Of a DNA stretch of 64,000 bases, positions 19,056 to 28,175 are shown piece after piece (the first letter of the stretch is position 1; the number at the start of each line of letters is the position of its first letter). A model generated the notes under the pieces. That model did no database searches and was not told where the DNA came from. It saw only the letters and a list, made by a program, of their open reading frames with translations. The DNA lies in IMG/VR virus record IMGVR_UViG_3300044655_002046. One strand, given 5' to 3'. The position numbers and the translations under genes were made by a program. The DNA is from a virus.

Positions 19056-20075
19056 CTAGGACGGCTTTACAGTTCGCCAGGAGTTGTAGGTAAGAAACTT
19101 ACAATCTTCTGGCTTTGCGTTTTGGCAAAGACGTTTCCCAGTAGCAAGACTGTGGAGACTCACGCGAGATTTTACAATATCCTCGCCGCCGACGTAGTAT
19201 TTATCATACTTGGGATGTTTGACGATCCCGCCACGCTTTAATCCTTGAGAGAGGGGACCGCCATAAGGACGGCGATACCCGCCTGCTCCAGGATTGAAAA
19301 CATGCAACTGCCTACGATGCAGCCGGATTGGCCTGCATTCCATAACCACAGTGTTACCCGGGATGGAATTGCCGCCGACCAACAGGTAAGCCAATACCCA
19401 CGAGTCAACACAATGGGCGTTAAACTCGTTGGATAGCTTGTTCTTGGACTTCTTCAAACCCAACAATTGACGGGTTAAGTATGTGTCCTCGTAGCCATTG
19501 AAAACGGTCAAGTTAGCAATCCGACGCAACTCGGAATAGCAGTAATGCTTACTCACTTCAAGGGGAGAGAATGAGACATTCCAACGCTTACATCCTTTGC
19601 GAGTTTTGGCTTTTATATCCTCAATCCTAATGTGAGAGATGGGGAATATTGCAACATAAACCTTTACTATCCTGATCTTGAGTTGCCATCTAGCTTTAGT
19701 AGACGGAGGGATGCCGCCATGTTTACGGTTCTGACGATTGGCACGATAGGGAGTCTTACGATACCGCCGTGCCCGCCTTGTATTGGTGCTCATCTCTTCC
19801 GCATCCTTTACCCAATCAACAGCATGAAACTGCTGATTGAGATATGTGTGGGCCTGAGACTTCACCGTAAATCCTTCGCGCTTAGAGCCGGGGTCAATCC
19901 CTACTACTACAGGCTGAGTAATTCGATTGGATGGTTCAACGTTGAGCCGGATACAGAAAATCCCTTTACGAAAAAATGGGGTTGCCTTGTCTGATTTAAT
20001 CCAACGAGCAGCCCGGTTGGGTGTGGTTGGCATTAGGGGGCGCTGGCTTGAATCGACTACTGGAACGTACTGCAT
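19056..20075 (-). CDS. isrB: IsrB (HNH-less IscB homologue), RNA-guided nickase, ~339 aa
   Basis: PLMP domain (VPVVDSSQRPLMPTTP), RuvC-I GIDPGSK, bridge helix RRARRYRK, RuvC-II IEDI, RuvC-III HCVDS; no HNH. Likely ATG at 20075 (the track starts at 20129). Confidence 0.85.
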   Translation of the reverse strand: MQYVPVVDSSQRPLMPTTPNRAARWIKSDKATPFFRKGIFCIRLNVEPSNRITQPVVVGIDPGSKREGFTVKSQAHTYLNQQFHAVDWVKDAEEMSTNTRRARRYRKTPYRANRQNRKHGGIPPSTKARWQLKIRIVKVYVAIFPISHIRIEDIKAKTRKGCKRWNVSFSPLEVSKHYCYSELRRIANLTVFNGYEDTYLTRQLLGLKKSKNKLSNEFNAHCVDSWVLAYLLVGGNSIPGNTVVMECRPIRLHRRQLHVFNPGAGGYRRPYGGPLSQGLKRGGIVKHPKYDKYYVGGEDIVKSRVSLHSLATGKRLCQNAKPEDCKFLTYNSWRTVKPS

Positions 20076-20298
20076 GGTTTTGATTGCCCTATAAAGGCTA
20101 TTATGTAATTCTCTTCGACTTTGAACCATATAGCAGAGAGAATGCAGATTAGGGAGGTGTCCGCAACATCTTTTGAAGTGCCACCTTCAGCTATTTCAAA
20201 TTGGCTTCTCAGCCATTGTCTAGTCCCACTTACGCTTACTTTCCGCTATTGGCTTTAGCTTCTGGCAAGCCCTGTCGCTTCAGCGCGGGGTTGGTGAC
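20076..20298 (-). ncRNA. omegaRNA scaffold of IsrB
   Basis: ~220-nt non-coding region upstream of isrB beginning with the canonical GTCA.C.ACCCC...GGGCTTG hairpin. Confidence 0.75.
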
Positions 20299-23200
20299 TA
20301 TTTCACTAGGTATGATGATGAGATGATTGGAATGAGGCGACTCCCTATAGCAGTACTGGGTATAGTGTATATAGTACCTCTATCATCGATGAGACGGAGA
20401 TAACTATACTGACCATCATATATAGCATGGCCTACATTAGTCTCCCAATCGTAATCAGTTATCCTGTAGGTTAGCACTGAGGATGTATAGCTATTATCAA
20501 TCTGCACTGGGTACAGAGTACTATTATCGTATGTCCAGCTATCTACTATTATCTGTAAGTCATCCTCTCTACCGGGTAGTAACTCTAGCTGAGTATAGAA
20601 CAGTAATGGATTAGTTAGGCCCCACTTTAATTTAGTATTGATTGATAGTATCTGTGTATCTGCTAGGGCTAGCGTGAGGCGCGGCAGTCGGAAGCATTCA
20701 TCCAACCCTAGTCTCCAGCGGCCCTCCAGGAGCTCTACTGTAGTAGGTAATGGCTCTCGGGTAGTTACAGTATCCTCGTTATCAATAAGCCCCTCAATTA
20801 ATTCGATGATCTCTTGCCTTAACTCCTCATCTCCATTATTGTATAGATCAATTACAGTAGTAGGTAATGGCTCTCGGGGAGTTACAGGATCCTCGTTATC
20901 AATAAGCCTCTCAATTAATTCGATAATCTCTTGCCTTAACTCCTCATCTCCATTATTGTATAGATCAATTAAAGTAGCAGGTAGTGGTTCTCGGGGAGTT
21001 ACAGAATCCTCGTTATCAATAGGCCCCTCAATTAATTCTATGATCTCTTGCCTTAATTCCTCATCTCCATTATTGTATAGATCAATTAAAGTATTGGTAT
21101 ACTGAGTTAAACGTGGTAATAGAGATATAGTATCTAGTGTGTCTAATGTATCAGTAGTACCAGAGCGACCCGGGCGGCTCCTATTAGGCTGTGTATTGAT
21201 ATTACCTATGGCGGTGATTAGGTCGCGGGCCTGATCTACGACACCTAGACAAGAGATTATATCAATTAGTTGCACTATTTTTTGGATAGGGCTACCGCTT
21301 AGCGCGCCTATGATACTGGGCATTAATGCCAGTGACTTACCTAGGGCTAGTCCGGTGCGGCCTATATCAGTTGCTGCTCTGAGAAGGGCGGTATTATTCT
21401 CACCTATGATTTTATCTAGTCCTCCTGATAATAGGGCTTTGATGCCATCACCGCGTATGATGCTACCTATGTCCCCGGTGGATATATTTTTGGCTAGTAG
21501 AGCAGCACTATTATATATACTCTTTCCTAGTTCTTTATAACGTACAGCATCTTTTAGTAAATCAGAGTTCAGTGTAGTGCCTAATGAACTCATGAGAGAG
21601 GTTATCTCCTTATCAACGTCTATGGGGTCGTCATCGGGTTCTCTATTGGCCAGTCGTTTAGCTAAATTATATACTTTATTAGTTACGTCTGCCCCATCTA
21701 TACCCAGTGTTCTACTTAGGTTACGGCTAATAGAGTTAACTATTAGAGCGTCTGTAGTCTGTTCGTTTAGCTTCTGGCCATTTAATAGTGAGGTTCCCAG
21801 CTGTGCTAGTTGAGTGGTGTCTACGTATTGGCTAAGACCTGTGCTCTTGTATAGCCGGTCTAATGCAGGTGATACTAAGGAGTATACCCGCGCTAGGTCT
21901 GTTGAGTTATCGCTTACTACTAGCCCGCGGGCCGAGGTGTCTAGATCACTTAGTTCTAGGAAACCAATAGATAATAACGATAGGGCGTCTTTAATCTCAT
22001 TGATTATATAAGTCTTGAGTGAAGGAGAATTAAGAAATAATTGCTTCAATTCTGCAGGCACTAGATCCTGACTGGTCCCGCCCTCTAGCATGGCTATGGG
22101 GTCTATACTATTATTTCTACTGATAGTTAGTACCTGATTGACTAGAGCGGTTACCTGAGTGGCAGATACACTGAGCCCCAATCGTTGTAGACCCTCTCCT
22201 ACCTTCTGTACCTCTAGTTGCACGTCCCCTGCTATATCTATAAGGGGCGTATTAATAGATATAGTCAGCTCTCCTACTGCTTCACCCTCTCGCTCTAGAT
22301 ATACATCACTGGCTATTGATGGTACTGCGGCCGGTTCTACTGCTGCTAACGCTGGTGGATTCTTAGCTGTATCAGTAGCGCTCTTAGCTATGTTCTCCTT
22401 ACCTGGGTTCTTAGGAGCTACCTTAGAGGCTAATATAGAGCGCCGTATATCCTCTCCTAGTGAGCCTATAGCATCGCCTCCTGGCGTAGTGGCACCCGGC
22501 GTAGTGGCACTTGGCGTAGTGGTAGAGTCATTAGGCTCGGTGGGTACTTGAGCACCATCTGGATCAGACTGCTCTATATCAGACTGAGTTGGTTTATCAG
22601 GAGTATTTGTATTTTTAAGTATGTCCCCACATCCCTTAGGTAAATCAGGTAGTTTAGGGAACTCTGGTATGTGTGGGATGAGGTCGAGGATCAACTCTAT
22701 ATCATCAGGTATAGGCGGTAGTGTATTGAGAGTCATAACTCCGCTCAGGGAGATTACAGACCCCGCGCCTTGGAATATGCTGGGCCCCGCGGTTACGTGA
22801 TTGTGAGTTATGCCCTGGAATGCACTCTTCAACGCATAGGAGCTCATACCTTCAGGGCTGAAGGTCATACCTGATAACCCGACTCCTGGTACAGATGAGT
22901 ATATATTAACGCGGCCCACTGGTATCTCAGCTGGCTCCTCTTTATCATCTGCAGCAGGCTCTCCTATAGGTGATGCGGCTGCTATTATATCTACGTTAGT
23001 GGCTCTTGCTACCATCTCGCCGTAGCTATAAAGCTTCATTTCGTTTAATGATGTGCTGGTGTATGTAGTAGCGTAACTCTTGTAATCGGTAGAGACTCGC
23101 TCCATCTCGCCTAGGGCCGTAGCCTTATCTACTTGGGCTACTGTCTCACTTCTATCTGATAGGCGTAGTCTATTACCGGCTCGCTGTAAGTCGTCCCCCT

Positions 23201-23816
23201 CTATAATTCGAGTGCTATCCTTACCTATTGCGTAGTGGTGGTCGCTAATGTGATTAATGGAGTTCCCGGATTGCACTACATAGTTATCGGTGACGGACTG
23301 CATGAAGGGGGCCCGTTGCGTGATATTGGTATCACTCACAAACTGTATATTATTGGCCACCTGCGTGAGTCTATTGGCAGGGGCAATATTGATATTGCCC
23401 TGACTTATATCAGCTAGCTCTGCTCTATCACTAAAGAGTGAGCTCTCCTTGAGCTTACGGATTCCATCTAGTGATTGCTCAGTATTACCATTAACTGCCG
23501 TACCTACAGCGTTAATATTCTGTTCTGTATTAGACGCTATGCCCTCCCGCAGAACCTGGTTGGCCTGTAGGTTCATGTCTCTTAATTCTAATAGTCCCTC
23601 TACTGCCCGCACGGGCTCCACTATAATCTGAGAGCTAATGCGACGAGGTTCGAACGGAGCGGTAGATGCTGCTGCCTGCCCTAGTGTCTGTGTTGCTTGC
23701 TGATATGCCGTGTTCTTGGATACCTTATTGAGATCATTGAGCGCGGGCCCCAGCGTAGGAGTGTTGCGTCCCGCTCCTAGATCTCCTTTCAGTAGTTGAT
23801 CTTCTATTTTACTCAT
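20298..23816 (-). CDS. Large tail-tip/baseplate protein (1172 aa)
   Basis: ORF track; beta-helix-like N-terminal repeats, helical middle and internal 39-aa repeats; baseplate operon. Confidence 0.55.
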   Translation of the reverse strand: MSKIEDQLLKGDLGAGRNTPTLGPALNDLNKVSKNTAYQQATQTLGQAAASTAPFEPRRISSQIIVEPVRAVEGLLELRDMNLQANQVLREGIASNTEQNINAVGTAVNGNTEQSLDGIRKLKESSLFSDRAELADISQGNINIAPANRLTQVANNIQFVSDTNITQRAPFMQSVTDNYVVQSGNSINHISDHHYAIGKDSTRIIEGDDLQRAGNRLRLSDRSETVAQVDKATALGEMERVSTDYKSYATTYTSTSLNEMKLYSYGEMVARATNVDIIAAASPIGEPAADDKEEPAEIPVGRVNIYSSVPGVGLSGMTFSPEGMSSYALKSAFQGITHNHVTAGPSIFQGAGSVISLSGVMTLNTLPPIPDDIELILDLIPHIPEFPKLPDLPKGCGDILKNTNTPDKPTQSDIEQSDPDGAQVPTEPNDSTTTPSATTPGATTPGGDAIGSLGEDIRRSILASKVAPKNPGKENIAKSATDTAKNPPALAAVEPAAVPSIASDVYLEREGEAVGELTISINTPLIDIAGDVQLEVQKVGEGLQRLGLSVSATQVTALVNQVLTISRNNSIDPIAMLEGGTSQDLVPAELKQLFLNSPSLKTYIINEIKDALSLLSIGFLELSDLDTSARGLVVSDNSTDLARVYSLVSPALDRLYKSTGLSQYVDTTQLAQLGTSLLNGQKLNEQTTDALIVNSISRNLSRTLGIDGADVTNKVYNLAKRLANREPDDDPIDVDKEITSLMSSLGTTLNSDLLKDAVRYKELGKSIYNSAALLAKNISTGDIGSIIRGDGIKALLSGGLDKIIGENNTALLRAATDIGRTGLALGKSLALMPSIIGALSGSPIQKIVQLIDIISCLGVVDQARDLITAIGNINTQPNRSRPGRSGTTDTLDTLDTISLLPRLTQYTNTLIDLYNNGDEELRQEIIELIEGPIDNEDSVTPREPLPATLIDLYNNGDEELRQEIIELIERLIDNEDPVTPREPLPTTVIDLYNNGDEELRQEIIELIEGLIDNEDTVTTREPLPTTVELLEGRWRLGLDECFRLPRLTLALADTQILSINTKLKWGLTNPLLFYTQLELLPGREDDLQIIVDSWTYDNSTLYPVQIDNSYTSSVLTYRITDYDWETNVGHAIYDGQYSYLRLIDDRGTIYTIPSTAIGSRLIPIISSSYLVK
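20738..21093 (-). repeat. Tandem 117-bp repeat x3 (LIDLYNNGDEELRQEIIELIE..IDNED.VT.REPLP)
   Basis: Unit starts at 20741, 20858 and 20975. Confidence 0.95.
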
Positions 23817-24907
23817 AGGTCTAGATCCTGTATGGCTCCTCGTTGATTATCTATTTCAGATATGGCTGCTAGGTTATTACCCATTATCACCCAGTGATCT
23901 AGCGTAGACCGCCGTAAATACTGCGAGGCGGTATATAGTAGATTACGCACCCGTCCTAGGCGTGTTCTCTCTGCATCATCAGCGAGAACGTATACCTCTA
24001 CATCGGGTCGAGGGGAATTATAAGCATGTATGTAGGCCAGGTTGGTCATGTGTGCCGCCATAGCCACTAGGTGCGTATTGAGGCCCCCTGGATACGGCAA
24101 TGAAATTATGATACTGCTGCTTACCTGCCGTAGTAGGCCGGGCTCTGTAGGTATCAACCACTCTCGTAACTCATCTGGTGGGTCCTGGCTTAGGTCCTCA
24201 TAGAGATTAAATAACGCTGGGTCTATTTGTCCGTGCCATAGATCCCATAGTAGGTCCGGCCCGCCTGGCACTACCCAGTAGCGTTCTAGATAGGGAGCCT
24301 CCATATTCTGTATGGCGTTCAGGAAGCCAGCTACGCGAGTTATACCAGTGGGTTGGGATAGAAATGCCCTGAAGAAGCGATGGCTATCTAGTGGCTCCTC
24401 TGTTCCTAGTGTTGCGTAATACTCCTTCCAGTTAGGCTGCATGTTCCATAGAGTACGAGTGGCTTCATATACTAGACGACAGGGGGTGGCATAGTGCATT
24501 CTATAGCCTCCCAGTAGTAGGTAATAGCCTATGCTACTAGCAGAGGTCCCCCATACTCGCCTATCAGTTAGTAGTAGTGTTTCACTATAGTCATTGGGTG
24601 GTAGCCAATTAGGCCTCTCCGCTATACGCCTGTATCTATCTGCGTGCTGAGTAATGACCGTGTAGTCCAGATTACTCGATGTAGGTAGTGATAGTAGTAG
24701 TATGAGCTGTTCCTCTAGAGAGCGCGTTATATCTCTCCACGTAGGACGAGTACGAGGGAGGGGTACGTTACGCATGATACTGGCTAGTCTTTCGTGAGAG
24801 CCCGCTATCAGAATAGATAGATTATTAATAGCCGCCTCATCGATGCGTGTTACAGCATCTGTATTGGCCCCGGGTAATTGAGGTACGGCCTCTAGATTAA
24901 TTAGCAC
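23813..24907 (-). CDS. Hypothetical virion-module protein (364 aa)
   Basis: ORF track; ATGA overlap with the next gene. Confidence 0.6.
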   Translation of the reverse strand: MLINLEAVPQLPGANTDAVTRIDEAAINNLSILIAGSHERLASIMRNVPLPRTRPTWRDITRSLEEQLILLLSLPTSSNLDYTVITQHADRYRRIAERPNWLPPNDYSETLLLTDRRVWGTSASSIGYYLLLGGYRMHYATPCRLVYEATRTLWNMQPNWKEYYATLGTEEPLDSHRFFRAFLSQPTGITRVAGFLNAIQNMEAPYLERYWVVPGGPDLLWDLWHGQIDPALFNLYEDLSQDPPDELREWLIPTEPGLLRQVSSSIIISLPYPGGLNTHLVAMAAHMTNLAYIHAYNSPRPDVEVYVLADDAERTRLGRVRNLLYTASQYLRRSTLDHWVIMGNNLAAISEIDNQRGAIQDLDL

Positions 24908-25409
24908 GATATACTGCTCCTACTATGCTTTGCACTGATTCCTCCGAGTAGCCGAACCAACGCGCTAGTTGGGCCGCCACTATTGGCCTATTAGCCGAGT
25001 TGGCCAGCATCATAAAGTTGTTAATTAATGGTGTATCGGGCATTCGCTTTCTTATTAATACCTCGAGGCCCTCGGAGGTTACATTAGGCCTTTCTCTTCT
25101 ATCAGCTCGCATCTGCATGGCCTGCGGTAGTCTTACACCTATAGTAGCTGCATTTAGCGCTAGTACCTGGCCCGGCATCATACGACGGGGGCTATTAACT
25201 AACTCTATACCACTCAATAGCCATACAGCATCTAACCAGTAGGGCCTGGGTAGTATTACTGTTAGTGCGTAGCCCGCGCGCGCATCACGAGTATCCGCAT
25301 CGTACGTATATTGTGTTAGGAGCCTGAATTGATTTACATGAGAGCTAATACCGCCCGCGCGGGCTATAGCTCTCTCTAGTTCATCCCCATCCTTACTAGT
25401 AGTTCTCAT
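24897..25409 (-). CDS. Hypothetical virion-module protein (170 aa)
   Basis: ORF track. Confidence 0.6.
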   Translation of the reverse strand: MRTTSKDGDELERAIARAGGISSHVNQFRLLTQYTYDADTRDARAGYALTVILPRPYWLDAVWLLSGIELVNSPRRMMPGQVLALNAATIGVRLPQAMQMRADRRERPNVTSEGLEVLIRKRMPDTPLINNFMMLANSANRPIVAAQLARWFGYSEESVQSIVGAVYRAN

Positions 25410-25413
25410 AGGT

Positions 25414-26610
25414 CTATATTAATCCCTTTAATACACTAAGGCGCGGGTCTACTGCATTCAGACCCCCACCTATACCAGATCTTACTCTCCACTCGAAGTG
25501 AAGATGAGGGCCAGTGCTATGGCCAGTACTGCCTACTTCGCCTATTACTTGTCCCTGCTGCACTATGTCTCCTAGTTTAACAGCAAACTTGCTCATATGC
25601 GCGTACCAGCTCTGATTGCCCCCTACGTGTTCTAGTCTAACTATATTACCAAATCCATTATTCTCAAATCCGACTGATATCACTTTGCCCGCCATAGTGG
25701 CTAATATAGGTGTGCCTATTGGGGCCCCTATATCTATGCCGTTGTGCATCCTACCCCAGCGCCAGCCGAACCCACTAGTCAGAGATCCCTTAGAGGGTAT
25801 TATGCCACTCCCAGAGCCTGGCCTACCAGGTATTACCTGACCTGCCAATGCGCTTACCTCATTGAACTGAAACCCGGGGGCTCCTGCTCCATAGGATACA
25901 GTATTATTAGTCATAGCTCTATTAACCTGAGGTATAGAGCCCGTATGAGTAATAGCATCGCGCTGGTTATAGGGCCACTTGAATTCTCCTGTACGATTGA
26001 ATATAGCATTAACAAATCCATCTATACCCTCCGCTAATGCCTGCGCTAACTGTTCATTAGAATAAGCACTATCGCCCGGTATAGTGGGAGCATTACCCCC
26101 ACCACCACCACTCAAAGTAGATGGTGCCGGGCCCTGTCCTCGTCTATAGGCTAGGTACTGTTTATATAGAGTATCTAGCGTATTCTCGCCACCTCGTGCT
26201 TCAGAGGCCCCCGGTAGACTAGTCCATTGTTTCCGTAGCTTGTTATAGTAGCTTAGGATGTTACCACTCATGACCTCCTCTACCGTAGTACCAGTCTCAT
26301 CGAGTATTAAATATAATATCGCTAGATCCTGGTTCAGAGGGCTGAAGTCAGATAACATTCCCCCAGTTTCTCTATTAATACCATCCCATGTCACATCTAA
26401 GATCTGGTATCTACCTGCAGCCGTGGTGTAGTTCCCCCCACTTCGTATTGGGAATCTCTTGCGGGGGTGGTCCGCGTAACTACTGAATTTAGATCCACCG
26501 TATAGTGTGTTGTAGTCGGCCCCCTCAAATTGTCCATCACTAATTACATCCAGGAGGGCCCTAAACTCAGGCCTATTCAGTAGAGGTTGTAGATTCTCTC
26601 TATTCCACAT
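25414..26610 (-). CDS. Lambda-type muramidase fused to an M23 peptidase
   Basis: RALLDVIS...YNTLYGG...TAAGRYQIL..TW; C-terminal HNGIDIG, YAHMS and GHSTGPHLHFE. Confidence 0.9.
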   Translation of the reverse strand: MWNRENLQPLLNRPEFRALLDVISDGQFEGADYNTLYGGSKFSSYADHPRKRFPIRSGGNYTTAAGRYQILDVTWDGINRETGGMLSDFSPLNQDLAILYLILDETGTTVEEVMSGNILSYYNKLRKQWTSLPGASEARGGENTLDTLYKQYLAYRRGQGPAPSTLSGGGGGNAPTIPGDSAYSNEQLAQALAEGIDGFVNAIFNRTGEFKWPYNQRDAITHTGSIPQVNRAMTNNTVSYGAGAPGFQFNEVSALAGQVIPGRPGSGSGIIPSKGSLTSGFGWRWGRMHNGIDIGAPIGTPILATMAGKVISVGFENNGFGNIVRLEHVGGNQSWYAHMSKFAVKLGDIVQQGQVIGEVGSTGHSTGPHLHFEWRVRSGIGGGLNAVDPRLSVLKGLI

Positions 26611-28175
26611 TATCTTGGTGCTCCTCCCTTCAGGGATTGTAGAACAGCACGGGCCTTCCCTTCGAAATAGGCATTTTGTGCTGCTGTATCATTTCCTCTC
26701 ATTAGGGCCTCTACCTGCGCGTTCAATATTCCTACCTCAACTAGCGGTACTCCCCTATTGGGCCCGTATAAGCCATTGCGATGATTTCTCGTGAAGGCGC
26801 CGAATGTTTGAGCTAGTCTATCCTCGTATGGTAGTATTTCCTTACGGCTAGGTATGACGCCAGTGGAACCCCTATACTCCCCTGCCGCACCTGCGTCAAA
26901 GTGTATCTCTAGAACACCCGCGCCATTGGTCTTCTCTTGCACGGCTCTATCTAGCACTGATTGCCAGGAGGTACCTATTGGTGGTAAGAATATAGATAGT
27001 TGGAGACCGTAAGAGGGGGCTAGTCTCTCCATTATTTTGAGGACCTGTTCATTCATCCAGCTCTCCGCTGACTGACCGGGGGCCTGGGGTAGAGATGTGC
27101 CGGCAGCTCCACTAGTACCTGATCTACCATCGCGGTGGCCGGCTGTTATGAACCAGCGAGTAGGCTCCTTATTAGTAGCACTCTGCCAGTCCTTATCATT
27201 CTTACGGCTTTCATTATATGTATCAGATACCTCAGGCCCCCTCTGTGTAGGTATGTCTTGTGGTCTATCCTCAACGCGCGCTATGCCCTCAGCCTGTCGT
27301 TGTAGATTCTGGCGGCTAGCCTCTAGGTAGGCCTGACATAACCGCCTCTCTTCTTGTATACGATAGGAAACTGTTATAGCAGTAGTTGTAGATACAGGCT
27401 CCTCCTCCTGCCCCGCTACCATAGGTGTTATGCCGCTAGGCAGTGACTCCGTGGTAGCCGATGTAGGCCTGATACCCTGCATTCTCTCTAGTCCATCCGC
27501 CCGGGCGCAGTGTCGTGCTGATAGCTGCAGGAGGTGATTGACACTGCTGCGGCGGTCGCCGTTAGCTACCAGGTAGATGTTACTATCACTGAATAATATA
27601 TTCTCTCCGCTTGTATAGAGAGAGCGGGTGCCTGCGTCATTGCGTATCTCGATAACGCCTGGGCGGGGCTGTCTATCATAGGCCTCTGCTAGTGAGCCAT
27701 AATCAGGGCTATCATATGCCGTATCCAGTGAATTGATGCCTGTTACGTGAAAGAAGGCATTGGGCTGTGCTATACGATTAGGATGTCCTAGCGGTTGGTT
27801 GAATGTCTGACCCTCGGGGCCGCGCTGATTAGGCTCCTGTAAATCACCATCTACGTATAGCTTATCGTAGTTACCCTCCGAGGTATATCCGCCTAGGATG
27901 AAAGCATCCTCCATCTTCCCATCATTGAAGCCCACTATGACTGGCTGTCCTATCTCGAGTGGGTTGTATACACCTAGCCCATTATGACCAAAGGGCCCGC
28001 TCATCCTGACGTTATCCAGGATCATACCCTTCATTAGGCGCACCGAGCAGAAGTTACCTAGGCGGCCCTCCCTACTGATACTATGGACTATGCCGCGCTG
28101 TGTGCCCCACTGGCTCTTACTGTATTTATAGGAATGGGGCTCAGAGTATAGGCCGCCATTGTTATTAGCAAACAT
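26610..28175 (-). CDS. Baseplate spike gp5/gpV-like OB-fold fused to an Amidase_3 domain
   Basis: PLEIGQPVIVGFNDGKMEDAFILG (gp5-OB-like); AGH, E, LEIHFDA and LVEVG zinc-amidase motifs. Confidence 0.75.
   Translation of the reverse strand: MFANNNGGLYSEPHSYKYSKSQWGTQRGIVHSISREGRLGNFCSVRLMKGMILDNVRMSGPFGHNGLGVYNPLEIGQPVIVGFNDGKMEDAFILGGYTSEGNYDKLYVDGDLQEPNQRGPEGQTFNQPLGHPNRIAQPNAFFHVTGINSLDTAYDSPDYGSLAEAYDRQPRPGVIEIRNDAGTRSLYTSGENILFSDSNIYLVANGDRRSSVNHLLQLSARHCARADGLERMQGIRPTSATTESLPSGITPMVAGQEEEPVSTTTAITVSYRIQEERRLCQAYLEASRQNLQRQAEGIARVEDRPQDIPTQRGPEVSDTYNESRKNDKDWQSATNKEPTRWFITAGHRDGRSGTSGAAGTSLPQAPGQSAESWMNEQVLKIMERLAPSYGLQLSIFLPPIGTSWQSVLDRAVQEKTNGAGVLEIHFDAGAAGEYRGSTGVIPSRKEILPYEDRLAQTFGAFTRNHRNGLYGPNRGVPLVEVGILNAQVEALMRGNDTAAQNAYFEGKARAVLQSLKGGAPR

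Larger units (their letters stand above)
19036..20298 (-). mobile_element. Non-autonomous IS200/IS605-superfamily element carrying isrB and omegaRNA
   Basis: Terminal hairpin AGGTTTGAAACCCCGTCCTTCTAGGACGGCTTT at 19036-19068. The other end reads GTCACCAACCCCGCGCTGAAGCGACAGGGCTTG on minus from 20298. No tnpA. Confidence 0.85.

Noticed and set aside
19056-20129. Calling the RRXRR protein IscB, Cas9 or TnpB, and using the 20129 start
   Set aside because: No HNH between RuvC-II and RuvC-III and no C-terminal zinc finger; a PLMP domain is present. The extra 18 codons lie in the omegaRNA region.
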